A DNA stretch of 64,000 nucleotides from Phoronis australis. Its lineage: Eukaryota; Animalia; Phoronida. This document shows, in pieces, positions 1 to 12,810 of the stretch (within the stretch, counting starts at the first letter, position 1; every line of letters starts with the position of its first letter). The stretch lies in contig NMRA01000172.1 in assembly GCA_002633005.1 (NCBI GenBank), forward strand, positions 617,871-681,870, given 5' to 3'. A model generated the notes under the pieces. That model did no database searches and was not told where the DNA came from. It worked only from the letters and a program-made list of their open reading frames with translations. The position numbers were made by a program, and so were the translations under genes.

Positions 1-2415
1 GGTCGCATTCAGGAGCGTAAAAATGTACCAGACAACGTCGTTGTTTGCTGCCATGGCAACGAATCCGAAAATCCACGTCATTCCAAGTAGGATGAACAAT
101 TTCAAATACATTATGAACTCGTTCTTTGTTGAATTTTTCTTCGAATTTGTAACAGTCTTGGACAATTTAAGCGACTTGTGAAGGAGTTGTGCAATAAGAC
201 AATATATGATGACATTAGATAAAATAAATGCTGACACAGGAGCAACAAAGAAAATCAAAAATGCGTTCCTTTGTGTAAACCAGCAGAGTTCACCATCAAC
301 AAAACTGGGTTGAAAACTAGTTTCGACATCAGAAAAGTCAAAAATAACGGATACAATAGTAACTGCGGCAGGTACAAGAATGGCGTAACACCAGGACACG
401 AATAGACGTCGGCGATCATTCTGAGGCGCGTGACGTATTGTCAAACGAAACGTAGACCACGTGTCTACGGCAATCACATTTTTCCACGCGAATACCGAAA
501 GATAAGCCCATTGAGTGAGAGCTGCAAACGTTTCACACAACCAGGGAATTAAACTTACCACTGGGCGTAGAAGGAAGAACAGACCAGCCAGGAATAATTG
601 TAAAGTTAAGCAAAACTGGAGTTTTCCTGGAAATGTATGATACACCGAGCAAAATGGTTGGATGAGGAGGCGAATTAGAAGAAACGCTTCAGAAAAAGAA
701 AAGCACACAATTGTCAGTATTCCTAAAGCCGAAGTTTTCCGAGCATGTGTTTGGATATTGTCGAGACAGACGATCAAGGAATCGTTCATCTTACGCACAT
801 CCGCTTTTGGCACCGATCCACCAAAATCTTTCAGAAATACGTCACCACTGCTTAGTACACTGAAATCACCTTGATAAAGTGTCTTGTTTATGCATTTTAT
901 TGAACTGGTATTTGCTGGAAAACAATAACTCTCATTCACGGATACTGACACCACGTAGCCAAGCCATGTGGAAGAGAATAGCCATTTCATGTGAGATTCA
1001 AATTTGTGATCCCTCGTTCTCTTATTTGCTTTCTGTAAATGGCAACCAGTGTTGTTTAATCGCTGCATGAACGTTATGTCGAGGTGAATCTTATCAACTG
1101 AGTAACTTCCTCCAAAAAAGTGTTTTTCCACACTTAGTGTGAAACTAGGTTTCGAATTTATATCAAACGACTTTTCCAGACCTTCTTTCACTATGAAGGG
1201 CATGGTTCGGCTCTTAAATATTTTTCTTTCCATTTCCGTAGTTACGAGGTTGTCTTGGGATGGAATATATTGTATGTCTATACACACGGACGACAGTGTA
1301 TAGTAAGGAACACACTCCCCATTTTGCAAAATATAGTCTTCTTGACACCTTGAAAACCTGCATTTCGTGAGATTAAGCGAATCGCACTCGGCTATGGAAG
1401 CTGCACGATTTTTTGTTTTGGAGCCTAAAGATTCGGATAAATCAATATTAATTTTTCCAATCTTGTTCACGTCAAGCAGTAGCGAGAATGAAAATTTCCA
1501 TAGCGTAGGATCAGACGGACCTGTTACATGGGGCAGTTTTGGGGAAGGTCCTTGGCAAGCCAATTTAGTTATGTTTTGAGGGTCATTGCAAATGGCACAA
1601 AAATAGTTTTTATAGTATCTTACATCAGACAACGCGTGCAATGTTTGAGAAGATCGACAGCGATTTACCAACTCATTTGACATGCAGCCACGAGGACAAT
1701 CACGGACAACTTCCGGATGACAGTAACGATATAAACCATCTGCGTCCTCCATAGTCAAATTGCAAAGAGGGTCATTCAAGCGGTGCAGAAATTCTTGAAG
1801 ACTGCTTTCAGCAGAACTTCCAGACTTTTCATAACACGTGAGATCAAATTTCCAAAATCGCACATTCTTAACACCGTGGCACTGAGCACAAAAGAGATTT
1901 CTGTATTGTATTCCGGTTACGTTGTCTCTCACTGGAATTCTGTTCACCACGGATTCGTCAGTGTTCACACAAGCTTCAGCAATCTGGTAGTCCTGGAACT
2001 TATCTGGGCATTTGTTCACCATGAGTGTAGTGTAAGTCTCCGAAGAGGTTACCACTTCAAAGCATTCTGCTGGAAGGGGGCCTTTTGCCGCGGCAGTGTT
2101 GTTCGCGATATCTGGACAGCTGTCAAAGAAATCTGGGCAGCAATCGCCATATTCAAAGCAAAGAGAGTCACATGAGCACGTTCGTTCTGAGTGATGAGAG
2201 GTTCCTGGCTGGGGTACTTGAACGGTCAAACCGCATGCATCAGTGGCACATGAAAGAAACGGAGAGGAGTTAGAACACGATTTTGTCAGAAATCCGTAAA
2301 GCCCAACATCATATTCTGTCGTGTTATCGCATCCATAAAACGAGGGAAGTCCCGATTTTGTACAAATAAAAACACTCGTTAAAATAGCGAACTGAAGCAC
2401 AAATGGAGTGTACAT
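1..2415 (-). CDS. Somatomedin-B-like/Cys-rich ectodomain family-B (adhesion/Methuselah-like) GPCR, paralogue A; 3' end runs off the window
   Basis: Read codon by codon: ATG at 2415 and 805 codons with no stop down to position 1. The protein starts MYTPFVLQFAILTSVFIC (signal-peptide-like), contains CSCDSLCFEYGDCCPDF, YRNLFCAQCH and YKNYFCAICN, then TM segments ending YLKLFILLGMTWIFGFVAMAANNDVVWYIFTLLNAT. It is colinear with the 55620..58250 protein. Confidence 0.93.
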   Translation of the reverse strand, partial: MYTPFVLQFAILTSVFICTKSGLPSFYGCDNTTEYDVGLYGFLTKSCSNSSPFLSCATDACGLTVQVPQPGTSHHSERTCSCDSLCFEYGDCCPDFFDSCPDIANNTAAAKGPLPAECFEVVTSSETYTTLMVNKCPDKFQDYQIAEACVNTDESVVNRIPVRDNVTGIQYRNLFCAQCHGVKNVRFWKFDLTCYEKSGSSAESSLQEFLHRLNDPLCNLTMEDADGLYRYCHPEVVRDCPRGCMSNELVNRCRSSQTLHALSDVRYYKNYFCAICNDPQNITKLACQGPSPKLPHVTGPSDPTLWKFSFSLLLDVNKIGKINIDLSESLGSKTKNRAASIAECDSLNLTKCRFSRCQEDYILQNGECVPYYTLSSVCIDIQYIPSQDNLVTTEMERKIFKSRTMPFIVKEGLEKSFDINSKPSFTLSVEKHFFGGSYSVDKIHLDITFMQRLNNTGCHLQKANKRTRDHKFESHMKWLFSSTWLGYVVSVSVNESYCFPANTSSIKCINKTLYQGDFSVLSSGDVFLKDFGGSVPKADVRKMNDSLIVCLDNIQTHARKTSALGILTIVCFSFSEAFLLIRLLIQPFCSVYHTFPGKLQFCLTLQLFLAGLFFLLRPVVSLIPWLCETFAALTQWAYLSVFAWKNVIAVDTWSTFRLTIRHAPQNDRRRLFVSWCYAILVPAAVTIVSVIFDFSDVETSFQPSFVDGELCWFTQRNAFLIFFVAPVSAFILSNVIIYCLIAQLLHKSLKLSKTVTNSKKNSTKNEFIMYLKLFILLGMTWIFGFVAMAANNDVVWYIFTLLNAT

Positions 2416-2479
2416 TTCTGCAGTACGTTTTTTGGTAAACCACGTGGCTAGTAGGCGCAGTTATTCTTGTCACCTTTCC

Positions 2480-2497
2480 CTGTAAGTGTAAAAAATC
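2480..2497 (-). promoter_or_regulatory. Splice acceptor of a 5'UTR intron of GPCR A
   Basis: The minus strand reads ttttttacacttacAG|GGAAAGGTGACAAGA, 64 nt before the ATG. The same junction (ttacAG|GGATAGGAGACAAGA) is conserved in paralogue B, and similarity stops upstream of it. Confidence 0.7.
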
Positions 2498-4191
2498 GAA
2501 TATCAATGTATATAACAAACACGTCAGTCAAATGTCCTAAAAAACTTGGTTCTTGATTTTCAGAAACGTGAGAGAAGAAGAGAGAACATTTTGAACGTTG
2601 CATGACGTAATAGCAACACTGCCTAACGACGTGCCAGTCCACTACCACTAGCAAGCCCAGACGAGCCGAGCTCGAGATTTAAAGTTCAATCTCAGATTAT
2701 GTGTACTTCTCCTTACAGATAGTTTATTGAAAAGGAGTTTTGACTACGAATTCCTTTTCAGAACTCATTAGCTTTACAAACGACGACTTTTGCCCCTTTT
2801 GTTAACAGCCCAAAGAGACTTTGTATCACTTCATACCGTGAATAATACGCTTACAGTACAAGCAAGTCACGCATTTCTAAAGATGTGCGGGAATTTTCAC
2901 CACTTGTCCTTCTGAGCGGCTTTTGCCAGGATCAAAGGGAGCGCGGCGCCAGGATAAGGTGCAGTTGTGATGCGAGCAAGACCCTATTAAGTGTAATTAC
3001 CCGACCCTAAACTGTATTAAACATCTCTGACTGTACATAATGGTGAATTTTCAAAATGCATTAACCACTAATTTTCGTAAAAAACAAAAAAATTACACCA
3101 CGGCGGTATTCAGCTGGAAAAAAGCAACCAAGTACGGTTTTCGATTTTTAAAAGTCGATGAACTAATAATCCAAAAACTACAACCATTGGGTACGATTGA
3201 AGATAAACTACCGCGGTGGATACACAAACGCTGATCAGGGTTATCAATATCACATGGATTCATTTTTAATATTCTTTAAATCTCGTTTAACGGCCGATTT
3301 TTGACCAGGAAACAGTTGTACTTAACTTGTGCCCACTTTTCATTTTTTATTACTAACAAGCATCTCGAATAGTTGTATAGTCAGTGCCACCGAAATTGTC
3401 CAGAGATTCCAAATCTTCAGTTTGGTTATCACCATATTTGCAAACAAGTGGGCATTAAAAGTTACTAATCGAAAACCAATATGAAACATATCGTCCCTTT
3501 GGGAAGTGGCCCTTTGTGAAGATAAACACAAGTTAACCTTTTTAGTCATTTTGTAATATTTATAATGTACCAAGTTAAAACTACTCTCCAGAGCTGAAGG
3601 CTGTAACTCTGTAAATGTCAGAGAAAACCAAATTGGGGGTATTAACAACAACTATTTGAGGCAGTAATGCTAGCTATTACCTTTCCACTGCATTAGCTCA
3701 GATCTGCGTGCTGAATAGGCATCGTAAAAGTTGTCTAGGGCTAAGGGAATCTGAGCGGTGACCAGTGTAAGCGAGAAATTCTCCAAATGTGTTTTGAAAC
3801 TGTGAAAAAATGAACGTATTTTGGACAAGGGAAAATAATGAAACTTTAAACAAAGTAAATACTTTTTGTGTCGCCCTACTCTCCTACAACAATGTTATCC
3901 TGGGCTTTTCTGATAAACAAGACACTTTTAAAACATCGTTTTACTTTTGAGTAAACAGTTTGTTTATTTTTTAGAATTTTGTGTCGAAAAGATAGCTTTG
4001 GGCGCTTTTAAAACGTACATCGAACAGTACTATTTGAGTGAAAAGAGATGGCGTTACTTTGAAACTTTTCCTATTAACCAGCAGGATTGTGTATGCGAGT
4101 GTGCGTATTCATGTGTGCGTGTCTGTGTGTGCTTTTGTAAATTTCTGCTTTTTCCCAGTTCCAATAAACTGTGAAGCATTTCGTTAGTAGG

Positions 4192-4259
4192 CATGGGCGG
4201 CGCACCATAGGGGGCTAAGGGGTTATAGTCCCCCACCTTTTTCAGTGCTCCGCCAATGG
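4192..4259 (+). mobile_element. ~70 bp mini-MITE (CATGGGCGGCGCA...TGCGCCGCCCATG family, hAT-like termini)
   Basis: CATGGGCGGCGCACCATAGGGGGCT...TTTTCAGTGCTCCGCCAATG. Related copies lie at 39669-39803 and 58320-58459. Confidence 0.55.
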
Positions 4260-5189
4260 TAGGTGATGGTCTCGGTATTCGTTTGGTAACGGGAATAGAA
4301 TGTTATAAGACCGATTTTACGAGAGCAAGGCCAAATTCTCAATATTTCCGATAGCCGTACTGAGGAGAGGTATATCCAGCTTTACATTAAAGTTGGTGGA
4401 CCCGACCTTGACAAGTAATACATCTAAAATCGAACTTGAACCAATTTTTGTGAATTTTTGATGGACAAAAATCTGTTCTTTTTCTTGTTGTTAGTATTGT
4501 TTTTGTTCTAACTGAACTCTCTGCACCCAGTGATATGAAGCCGCGTGCTCACTGACCTGGAAATTACATGTACGTTTGTAGTGATGAGCGTAAATTCAAT
4601 AACCTCAGTTACAAAAACGAACGAAAGAGATTTGTTAGTCATCAGATTACTAAAGGTTATCGTCACACCTCGCCCGCATGCTGTGACCATAACCAGGCAT
4701 GCTCATATGAGCGAAATATGAAAATGCAGTTCGTATCTTCCTGTAACTAGCATAGCTACAATGAGTATGATTTTTGCTGAATTTTGCTTTCATCACTCAA
4801 GTGGCACGCCAATGATGCATTAGCTGGTAGCAGAAAGAGGATTATTTAAAATAACCAAAACAGGATTTATAGTGTCCTTATGATTAAAATTTGCTATATA
4901 GTAAGACCATTCTGACGTTACTGAAAATAGATTTAAACAGGAAAAAACGAGATACCGTGGTGTCCGGCGACTTTGCTAGGTGGCCGACTACCAACAATGA
5001 GTGGTGGACGATTTCTTACAGAATATCAACTGGTTACTGGTGGTGAAATACCTTCAAAAAGAACAATTGGTATCTCTAAGTATTCCATGAGAATTTTCAC
5101 TCAACCTGAAGCATAAGCTATTACCATGGCCCTGCCGCCAGGCCTCAGACGTCACTGCTCCGCAGGATGAACACTTTAATTAGCCTTAA

Positions 5190-5905
5190 AGGAGAATGCC
5201 CCCCGATTTAATTAGTCTTTTTTGCCGTCTTAATCGATCTATATCCACATCGCCTCGCATACGGTCGACCATACCTTGCCAAGAGGTGTAGCGTTAACCT
5301 GTGAGGAAGGTGAGAAACGACGCTAGCGACGTCAGTGGTTCACATGCAGAGTGAATGCCGCTATGTTGCGGTGCATCGTTCCCGCTTGTCCGAACTAAGC
5401 AGCTGCGAGGAAAGCGGGTATATCGTTTTTTTACTTCCTCGAGAGTCCGAAATCCTTAGGAAGTGGCTCATGGTAGTGATGAATGAAATGTACGCTGTAA
5501 ATACCAAGTATGAGGCCGTGAAACATCTCCGTGTCTGTGGCCTACAGACGTCGACAGTGCCTGACGAATGCCGGCTTACCAAATAACTGCATACGTTCTG
5601 TTGTCTGAGCTTGTTCACGGTGCCTCTCTAGTATTTCTTCATCACTGTATTCCTGTTCGAATTGATAGCCTATAAAACTTAACGATCCACTTGCGAAGTC
5701 GGGACTGATGAGCTCTAGCTCGTCCTAAGTCGGGATTGCGAGTTGCCATGTTGGCGTTTACAACTGAGCGTTCTCTTTCAAAATGAATTATTCTCACCCT
5801 AACCAATACTTATATAAAACTGAAACAAAGTCTGACTCATTAGATGCAATTTGTAATGCCTTTGGAGTGTTCGTGAGTGCAAATGATTTGAGAAGTCAGC
5901 AATGT
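5190..5905 (+). mobile_element. Truncated Kolobok-like non-autonomous DNA transposon with decayed THAP domain
   Basis: Starts TTAA|AGGAGAATGCC and is the reverse-complement homologue of the 49036 end of the 46068-49036 element. It encodes the THAP remnant LPRESEILRKWL...KHLRVCG. Confidence 0.75.
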
Positions 5906-6267
5906 TTTTGAACTTGATAAACCTTTGAGATTAGGATGGTATCTTTAAATGTTGATCAATATTTAATTTTTGGGCTTTTCCATGTCTTGGTGACATGGAA
6001 AAAACAACTTTGTAGTCTGTATCACTTACATTTTCTCAGAGCTCACCCAGGTTGTTTCAAAGTGTTAATGTGGATTGTAAATTACCGTTGCATGTCACAA
6101 CGCGATATAAATGTACTCCCTGATGTAAAAGCAAGATCACTCCCCCAAAAGTGCAGTTACGAAATTATTTTTGTGATCTCATCTCTTCTAAAACAACACC
6201 ATTCCCCTTTAAACCTCCAAAAGATCCTCTGCTGTCATGTGTGGTTTGGTATGGTCTTTTCTTGAAA

Positions 6268-6308
6268 TGGTGGTGGTGGTGGTGGTGGTGGTGCTGCTGC
6301 TGCTGCTT

Positions 6309-6339
<31 letters not shown>

Positions 6340-6345
6340 TGCTGC
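6268..6345. repeat. Compound trinucleotide microsatellite (TGG)n(TGC)n
   Basis: Directly visible. It produces the spurious polyQ/H, polyW/C and polyV/L ORFs in the track. Confidence 0.95.
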
Positions 6346-9147
6346 GGTTTCACTGGATATGCATCATCCCTAAGAGGTGCAACGGGCATATTTGCAACGT
6401 CAGCGGGACGAGTCAACTTTTTGGTTGCAAAAGTTCGCTGTTAACTTTGAACGCCTTAAACGTTCGACAAATTCTTGTGAAAATAAGTAGGCACAAATGG
6501 GCATCTGTCATTTGACAAATGTTGATTACGTCTTTGAAAATTTCGTTATTAAAAAGCATTTTGCCACTATTCCACACTGGCCGTTTGCGAAATATAGTTC
6601 CAAAAGCTATCCCTTAGGGATCGACACCCGAACCTCGGAGCTACCCAGATTCAAGGAAATATTGTTCTAGGAAAATCTTCTCTGTGGCTTGAGTTGACTT
6701 CGCTGCGAAGAGTACTGTGCGCATATTTTGCTTTTCTTCTCCCCCATACGAACGCGATGTAAATTTACATTTACATCAGGGTATAGATTTGCGTATCATC
6801 TGTGTATATTTATGTACGGGTGTGCTGCATACAAACAGGCTTTAGACAACCATGGGTATCTGATGAAATGCCACAAGATGTCGCGGAATGACTGCAAAAG
6901 AAATTGGGAGGCAGTAGGGAAAGATAAATATTTAGTTTGGGGTATAGGAAGGTATTGATGGGAGGACCTGGAAGTGTAGATGCATTTATTTGGTAGTTAA
7001 ACAAAAGATCCTTGGATTGTGGTAACCAGGAATGGAGAGTGTCATTCGAGAATTTGAACACGTGCTCAATGACATTCTACTCATTCATAAAGAGACAGAT
7101 GTCATGTGAGGAATGTCAGAAACTGGGAGCAGAAATTGAGAGTCATCTTGATATATAGGGGAAAGGATACTTTGAGGAATTTGCCCTGCCCAGGGTTCTC
7201 TAAAGAGGAGATTAGCCGCCCATAACTGATCTATAACAGCCATATCCACGATCTTTACTCAGTGACACTGAAAGTGCCCGTAACCATCGTCTGAAGACAA
7301 TAAGCTTACCGAGAAACTGTCTGATTCTTTGTGAAAATGTATCATGTAGGACCTTATATGTATGTTGGCAAGTCGGCGTATTTAGCCAAATTTATACAAA
7401 TTTGTAGATTTTGACTCAGTAGAGTTATATAATTTCTGAAAATACAAAAACCTGTAGAAATTGCTGTTCAATTGTGTACCAGATAGTCTAGCATACATAT
7501 GGTCACCAAAAAGAAAGATAATTTGTTAAGAAACAATGGTATGAAAAACATGATCAAATTTTTTTGATATAAATGTTCAAGGTGAGATCCACAAACACTT
7601 TTCAGTTTCGTTTCAGTTGGTTCTATGCAACCTCAGTGCATAAAGTATAGTATTATCTGAACAGTGCATATATGAATCTGACGATCTGTCACTTCTGACA
7701 TATGATTTTCGGAAGATGGTCTAACTTTTTTAGGACTCTACATAACATGAATTGTCCACTCTGGAACTGGTATCTATTATACGTGTACTGTGTACAAATA
7801 AACACTAACTCTACTGTATCTACCTGTCCATTCGCCTTCTGTTTGTTTGAGTGGCCGCCTGTCTCTCTGTTGTTCTCTGGATCTGACTTCGCTTTGTGAA
7901 ATTGTGGTTTCCCCTTACGACATCCTATATCCACCAGTAATTTGGATGTGGCTTATGCGCATCCTCGTACTTTCAAGGATGCGAGTCGTCCTAAGATATA
8001 GCGCTTTAAGTAAATTTTAGCAAGCCTAATATCGTCACCGACTATTGAACCATGAAGACAAGTTAGCGCGTTGTGCTTGGTTAAACACGGACATCAACAG
8101 GGATAGTGTTAGTACTAGTAAGGGCATATCAAATAAGGCTGCTATTATTGTCGCACTAAACAAAGCATGGGTCACAAAAGAACAACATTTTGATCTCGCC
8201 ACAATCAAAGCATCAGTTCACGAGCTCAGCGATTGGATAGCGTAATAATACGTGCCGTGCACATGTATGATGTTGTTTCAACTGACATGCGTGGCTTCAC
8301 CTTATGCTTGGTGGCAAATGAGGGTTATCAAGGGAGTATCGATATACATGTACACTGTACGCCGTTTAGTTCGTGAGGTATCTAAAGCCAGACCCTGAAC
8401 CATGTTAGACTGATGTTAAAAACAACAATTGACTACATAATCGGCAATCAACAACTTCTGATATTCCCGGCCTTAAGCTGTAAGGCGTAAAGCTATAAAT
8501 AACAACTATGTACTAAATCAAGTTGTGGGTTTAATGACCCGCTAAGGGATTTCCAAAGCGGCGACTAAAATTTTATCTTAAAGCCACGATCAGTTATAAA
8601 TAATTGAAATATTTCCAACATGTTTATATCATGCTAACATTTTAAAATCTTACCAAGATTGACCAACAATCTCGTTTTTAATCTCGTTAAAATTTTATAA
8701 AATCTTAACGGGATTCTTTAATATCTTGCAAAGACAAATTTTCGGTCTTACCTGTAGCCCAACTAACCTATTACATGTATGTGGTTCAAATTATGATGGA
8801 CACTCACATTAACTAGCGTTTACGCAAAACCCATTATTCTAGCACGTACAGAATGCACGCCTGGTTATGGGTTGTCAAGCTCATTAAACATTCAAGGACT
8901 CAAGTCGTATGGAGATGCTAGAGATTATAACCCTTCCACGTTTACGACAATTTTAGTCTTTTGGGTATCACTTATAATGTGACAAATAACAGATCGGAAC
9001 ATTAATAACCTGTTCCCTACAAGACTACCCGAGTCCGTTGGACAAGTGCTGCTGTATGGAGGTCACATCCGTCAATGTTTTTGCAGCTTCTGTCTGAACA
9101 CTAATCGCGTATCATGTATCCAATTAAATGCAACGTATTGCGCTGTA

Positions 9148-9257
9148 CATTACCTGTTTACTGATACAGTGGACCTACCCCATTCCTGTTTACTGATACA
9201 GTGGGCCTACCCCATTCCTGTTTACTGATACAGTGGGCCTACCCCATTCCTGTTTAC
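9148..9257. repeat. 32-bp minisatellite, ~3.4 copies
   Basis: Unit CATTCCTGTTTACTGATACAGTGGGCCTACCC repeated head to tail, with no unique spacers. Confidence 0.92.
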
Positions 9258-10399
9258 GTGTTATCGTACACCACTGAGGCTGACTGTGACAATGGTTTTC
9301 TATCCGTGCGGACGAATTAAACAATTTGTGAAGTGGTCTCTACCTTGCTACACACGAGATTTATACCAACATCACTATCTTCATGCAAGTGATTGTGTGA
9401 AAGGTAATGCTTTGTAAAAACGCGGGCTTCAGCCATCTGTTGCATGAAACAGTCCCAGAGAGGGACTCAACTATAGACCAGCGCAATAGAGGACAAGTTG
9501 TGAAAACACTGATTATTCTTTCTTTGGCTGTTTTATTCTCATTACTAAATCAAAATACTTTGATACGCACAGATACTAAACTCTAAGTTGAATTCTCAAT
9601 ATTATTGAAAGTAAGTTAGGACTTTTTTCATGCAACACTCCTATATATTTGAGGACTAATATCCTCTGAATTTCCATAGAAATAAGGTTTCAGTTTTTAG
9701 CTATATTATTTGAAATGGTCATTTAATTTTAGTCAAGGAGGACCTCAAAGTAAAGGTAAAATGGTAAAAAATGTAATATCTGTGCATAAACAAACACGTA
9801 AATATGCATAAGATTTTGCGAGCTTATATTTGGGACCGTTTCATTCAACCGGGCCCAGTAGAGACATTTCCAAATGTATCTAATGACCCCCATCAGAAAA
9901 AGCTGAAGTGTGTTATCCTTTTGCAAGCACTTTGTCAAATAATTTCTTCAATTTCGTGAAATTATCTTAGAAACATCTTAGTTAATTGATGGAACGTGTA
10001 TGTGAGCAGCTACGTTTTCCTGACAATAGCTGCCTTCCTTCAGAATGCCAGAAATTTCTCACTAATAGATGTACAAGCAATATGGCATGGCGATTGATTA
10101 GAAAGGGTGTAATACTGCCACTAGCCGAATACAGTCTGGCTTGGAATTTAATGGTGCTATGTCTCATAAAAACCGTGACCCCAACCCTTACCCTATCCCT
10201 AAGCCTGACACCACGATAATAATAGAATGTTTCGTTGGTCTTATTCTTAAGCTGGATGGATGTCCTTCTCATTTTCCATCGAATTTGGGGAGTAAAAAAT
10301 GACGTGTTGAAGCAATGGAAAATGTCCTTAATCCGAACATCAACGACATACATGTGCCGTTTGTAGAACTGGCACGATCGAGGCTCTCTCATTATTACT

Positions 10400-12810
10400 A
10401 GTTTATTTGATAATATACATAATAACAATAATAAATACAGTAATATGTAATTGGTACAAGAGCTTTACAAAATAATTACGTACATGTACAGTATCTGGAT
10501 AACACCAAAAAATTAAAAATTTATTTCCGTGGTGGTCCATTCACAAATTAAAAAATAAAGGAAATAAATATTACGTGTAAATAATAGGTTGTGAATGGTT
10601 ATACAGGATGAATGAAAGATGTGAAAGAGTCTAGCTATAGGTTAAAATGAGCTGAAAAGGACTGTAGGATGAAGTGACATGATAGATGACAAAAATAGAT
10701 AAATAAATAAATAAATTACCAAATAAAACCGAAATCGGAGTTATTACCTCTCTAAATTAGGGTAAATAGATATTGTTTGATTTGTCAAATTAACATATTT
10801 AAATCTGTAATGTCTCTCAGGTGGCCAGGAAGTGAATTCCACAGAATTATGGTTGAATTTAAAATCGACTGCAGATCCTTTGACATACAGGAGCAATAAC
10901 AAGGGGCCCAGAATAGAATCTTGGGGAACGCCACGTGTTACATGTATCTGTTTCAGTTCAAACTGACAGCCTAGTGAGACAACCAGTTGGGATCTACATG
11001 TTAAATTAGAGTCAAAGCACTCGACAAAATTCTGTTTACGACCAACAGATTTTAATAAAAAATGTCATGATTTACCGTGTCGAACTCCTTTTGTAGATCA
11101 ATTAAAACCATTCCAGCAATTTTACCGGCATCGAGACGGCTTGTTCACGATAAGAGTGCACTTGCAGTTACAGTCATGTTATGGAGTGTTTCCAAGTATT
11201 TATGTCCACATATGTCATTAAACTTTATTCCCAAGTGATGAGTGTATTGTACTATTGTCTATGTCTTTAAATGTATGATTAAATTGGCCTCTGAAAGTTT
11301 AGAGTGTTACAAATTACCAAAAACATTGCATTTTTGATGTTATATGTGCTCATTTTAGGAAGATAGCAATTATAATTATACACTTACAAATATAGCATCG
11401 AAGGAAAACATTTTAAAATGCTTAATAAAGTAGATAATGATGTTATATCTTTTACTGCAGAAAATCGAATCGTAATCTGATGCCTGGAACCAAAGATATT
11501 GCACGCTGAATCAACACTATTTTTCGTTATATATCTTACAATTTATCTTTGTTTTTAGTGCATACCATAATAAAATATTTTGTGGAACCCTTGGAACTTT
11601 TAAAGTTTACCTTCTGATATTGACTGTCACGCACAAAGATGGAATAAATGAAATACACCATGAGCGTTGATTCTAAAATTTTTAGCACATGAAATATCGA
11701 CTTAAATGTCCCTTCTAAACATGTAGTGTCCGTAGATCTCTCTAAACATGTTAATTGCCAGTGGCTGTTACTCAGTGTTTTATCTTATGGAATATGCTCC
11801 TGGACACACATGATTCACACAGTCAATTAATGAAACTATATCTCTGGAGTTGACAATAAGTGCTACCATCCATGAATGTAGTGTCCGTAGACATTTTGTA
11901 GCATCCGTAGACTTAAACAAGGACACTGCATGGCAACAATGATATGTTGCAATTACAAGAAAATAAATACCTATACTTTATTAAAGAGCATTGTCTTGTT
12001 TGAGATCAGGAAATCTGAGTAAGTACTTGTTTTGTAGCGTCCGTAGATACCCATACACTTTTATTATCACTTAAATAGTTGATTATTCACACAATATTGG
12101 GTTTGGATGATCAAAACAAGTGTTCACAACCTGTTTAGGACAGTCAAAGCTACGCATTTATATTGTCATTTATATTGTGTTGGTATGCCTACATCAAATT
12201 TAAAAAAATTGTGAATTTGGTGTCAAAAATCACCCTGATCGTGGAAAAGCCATTAGCTAATTTTATGTTGTCAGTAAGGTATGACAAACAGATTCAGTGG
12301 AAAAGGAAGACCAAAAAACCAGACAGAAAACGATAAATGAAATGCTCATTTCTTAATGTTCCAATTGTTCGTAGACAACTCGTTCTAAAAACTTGGATAG
12401 GGAACAAATGATACATATTGGTCTATAATTAGACACGCCCAATCTGTCATTCTTCTTAAAAAGACGGACAACTTTAGCACACTTAAATTGATGAGGAACA
12501 AACGAATTGGTATTGGACAAATTTCCAATGTGACAGAAAGGTGGAGCCAAGGCAACATCAGCGGCTTTGAAGAAACGAGAAGGGATGTTGTCAAGACCAG
12601 TGCTTTTGTTAACTCCTAAGTCTTTAAGAACAGTATAGACGTGATCAACTGACACAAACTCTCCAATTAAGACTTCAATAGACCACAAACGCACCGAAGT
12701 TTGACTCACTTGTTCCAGAGACTTAACTGTCACAAAACAGATAATATTTTCGCCGGAATATAATATTTCAGTGGAAGGATTATAAAAAGTACGGAGGTTG
12801 AACACATATC
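10400..12810 (-). mobile_element. Decayed CR1/L2-group LINE (RT and 3' end), interrupted by a MITE
   Basis: ORF 12353..12805 has KSTGLDNIPSRFFK and NYRPICIICSLSKFLERVVYEQL. After the insertion the minus strand resumes LDAGKIAGMVLIDLQKEFDTVNHD...RGVPQDSILGPLL, then ILWNSLP and an A-rich tail. Confidence 0.85.
11138..12251. mobile_element. 1.1-kb non-autonomous TIR element (ISL2EU/Harbinger-like GGC termini, probable AT target duplication) nested in the LINE RT
   Basis: Left end GGCTTGTTCACGATAAGAGTG; right end reverse-complemented GGCTTTTCCACGATCAGGGTG. Flanks are AC and AT, and removing the element restores RT KLANLDAG. An internal motif GTAG(T/C)(G/A)TCCGTAGA occurs four times. Confidence 0.8.

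Noticed and set aside
662-2273. Plus-strand ORFs over gene A, and minus-strand ORFs at 56010-58225 over gene B
   Set aside because: They are antisense shadows of the GPCR frames; their mutual similarity only reflects the paralogy.
5704-5730. CTGATGA hammerhead core
   Set aside because: No GAAA follows the putative stem II, and the homologous copies at ~47075 and ~48035 lack the core.
6151-6515. PolyQ/polyH, polyW/polyC and polyV/polyL ORFs
   Set aside because: They are translations of a trinucleotide microsatellite with no coding context or splice signals.
9148-9257. CRISPR-like 32-bp repeats
   Set aside because: The units are contiguous with no spacers, there are no cas genes, and the context is eukaryotic.
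10179-10208. Telomere-like AACCCT repeats
   Set aside because: Only a few degenerate units, which is common inside invertebrate interspersed repeats.
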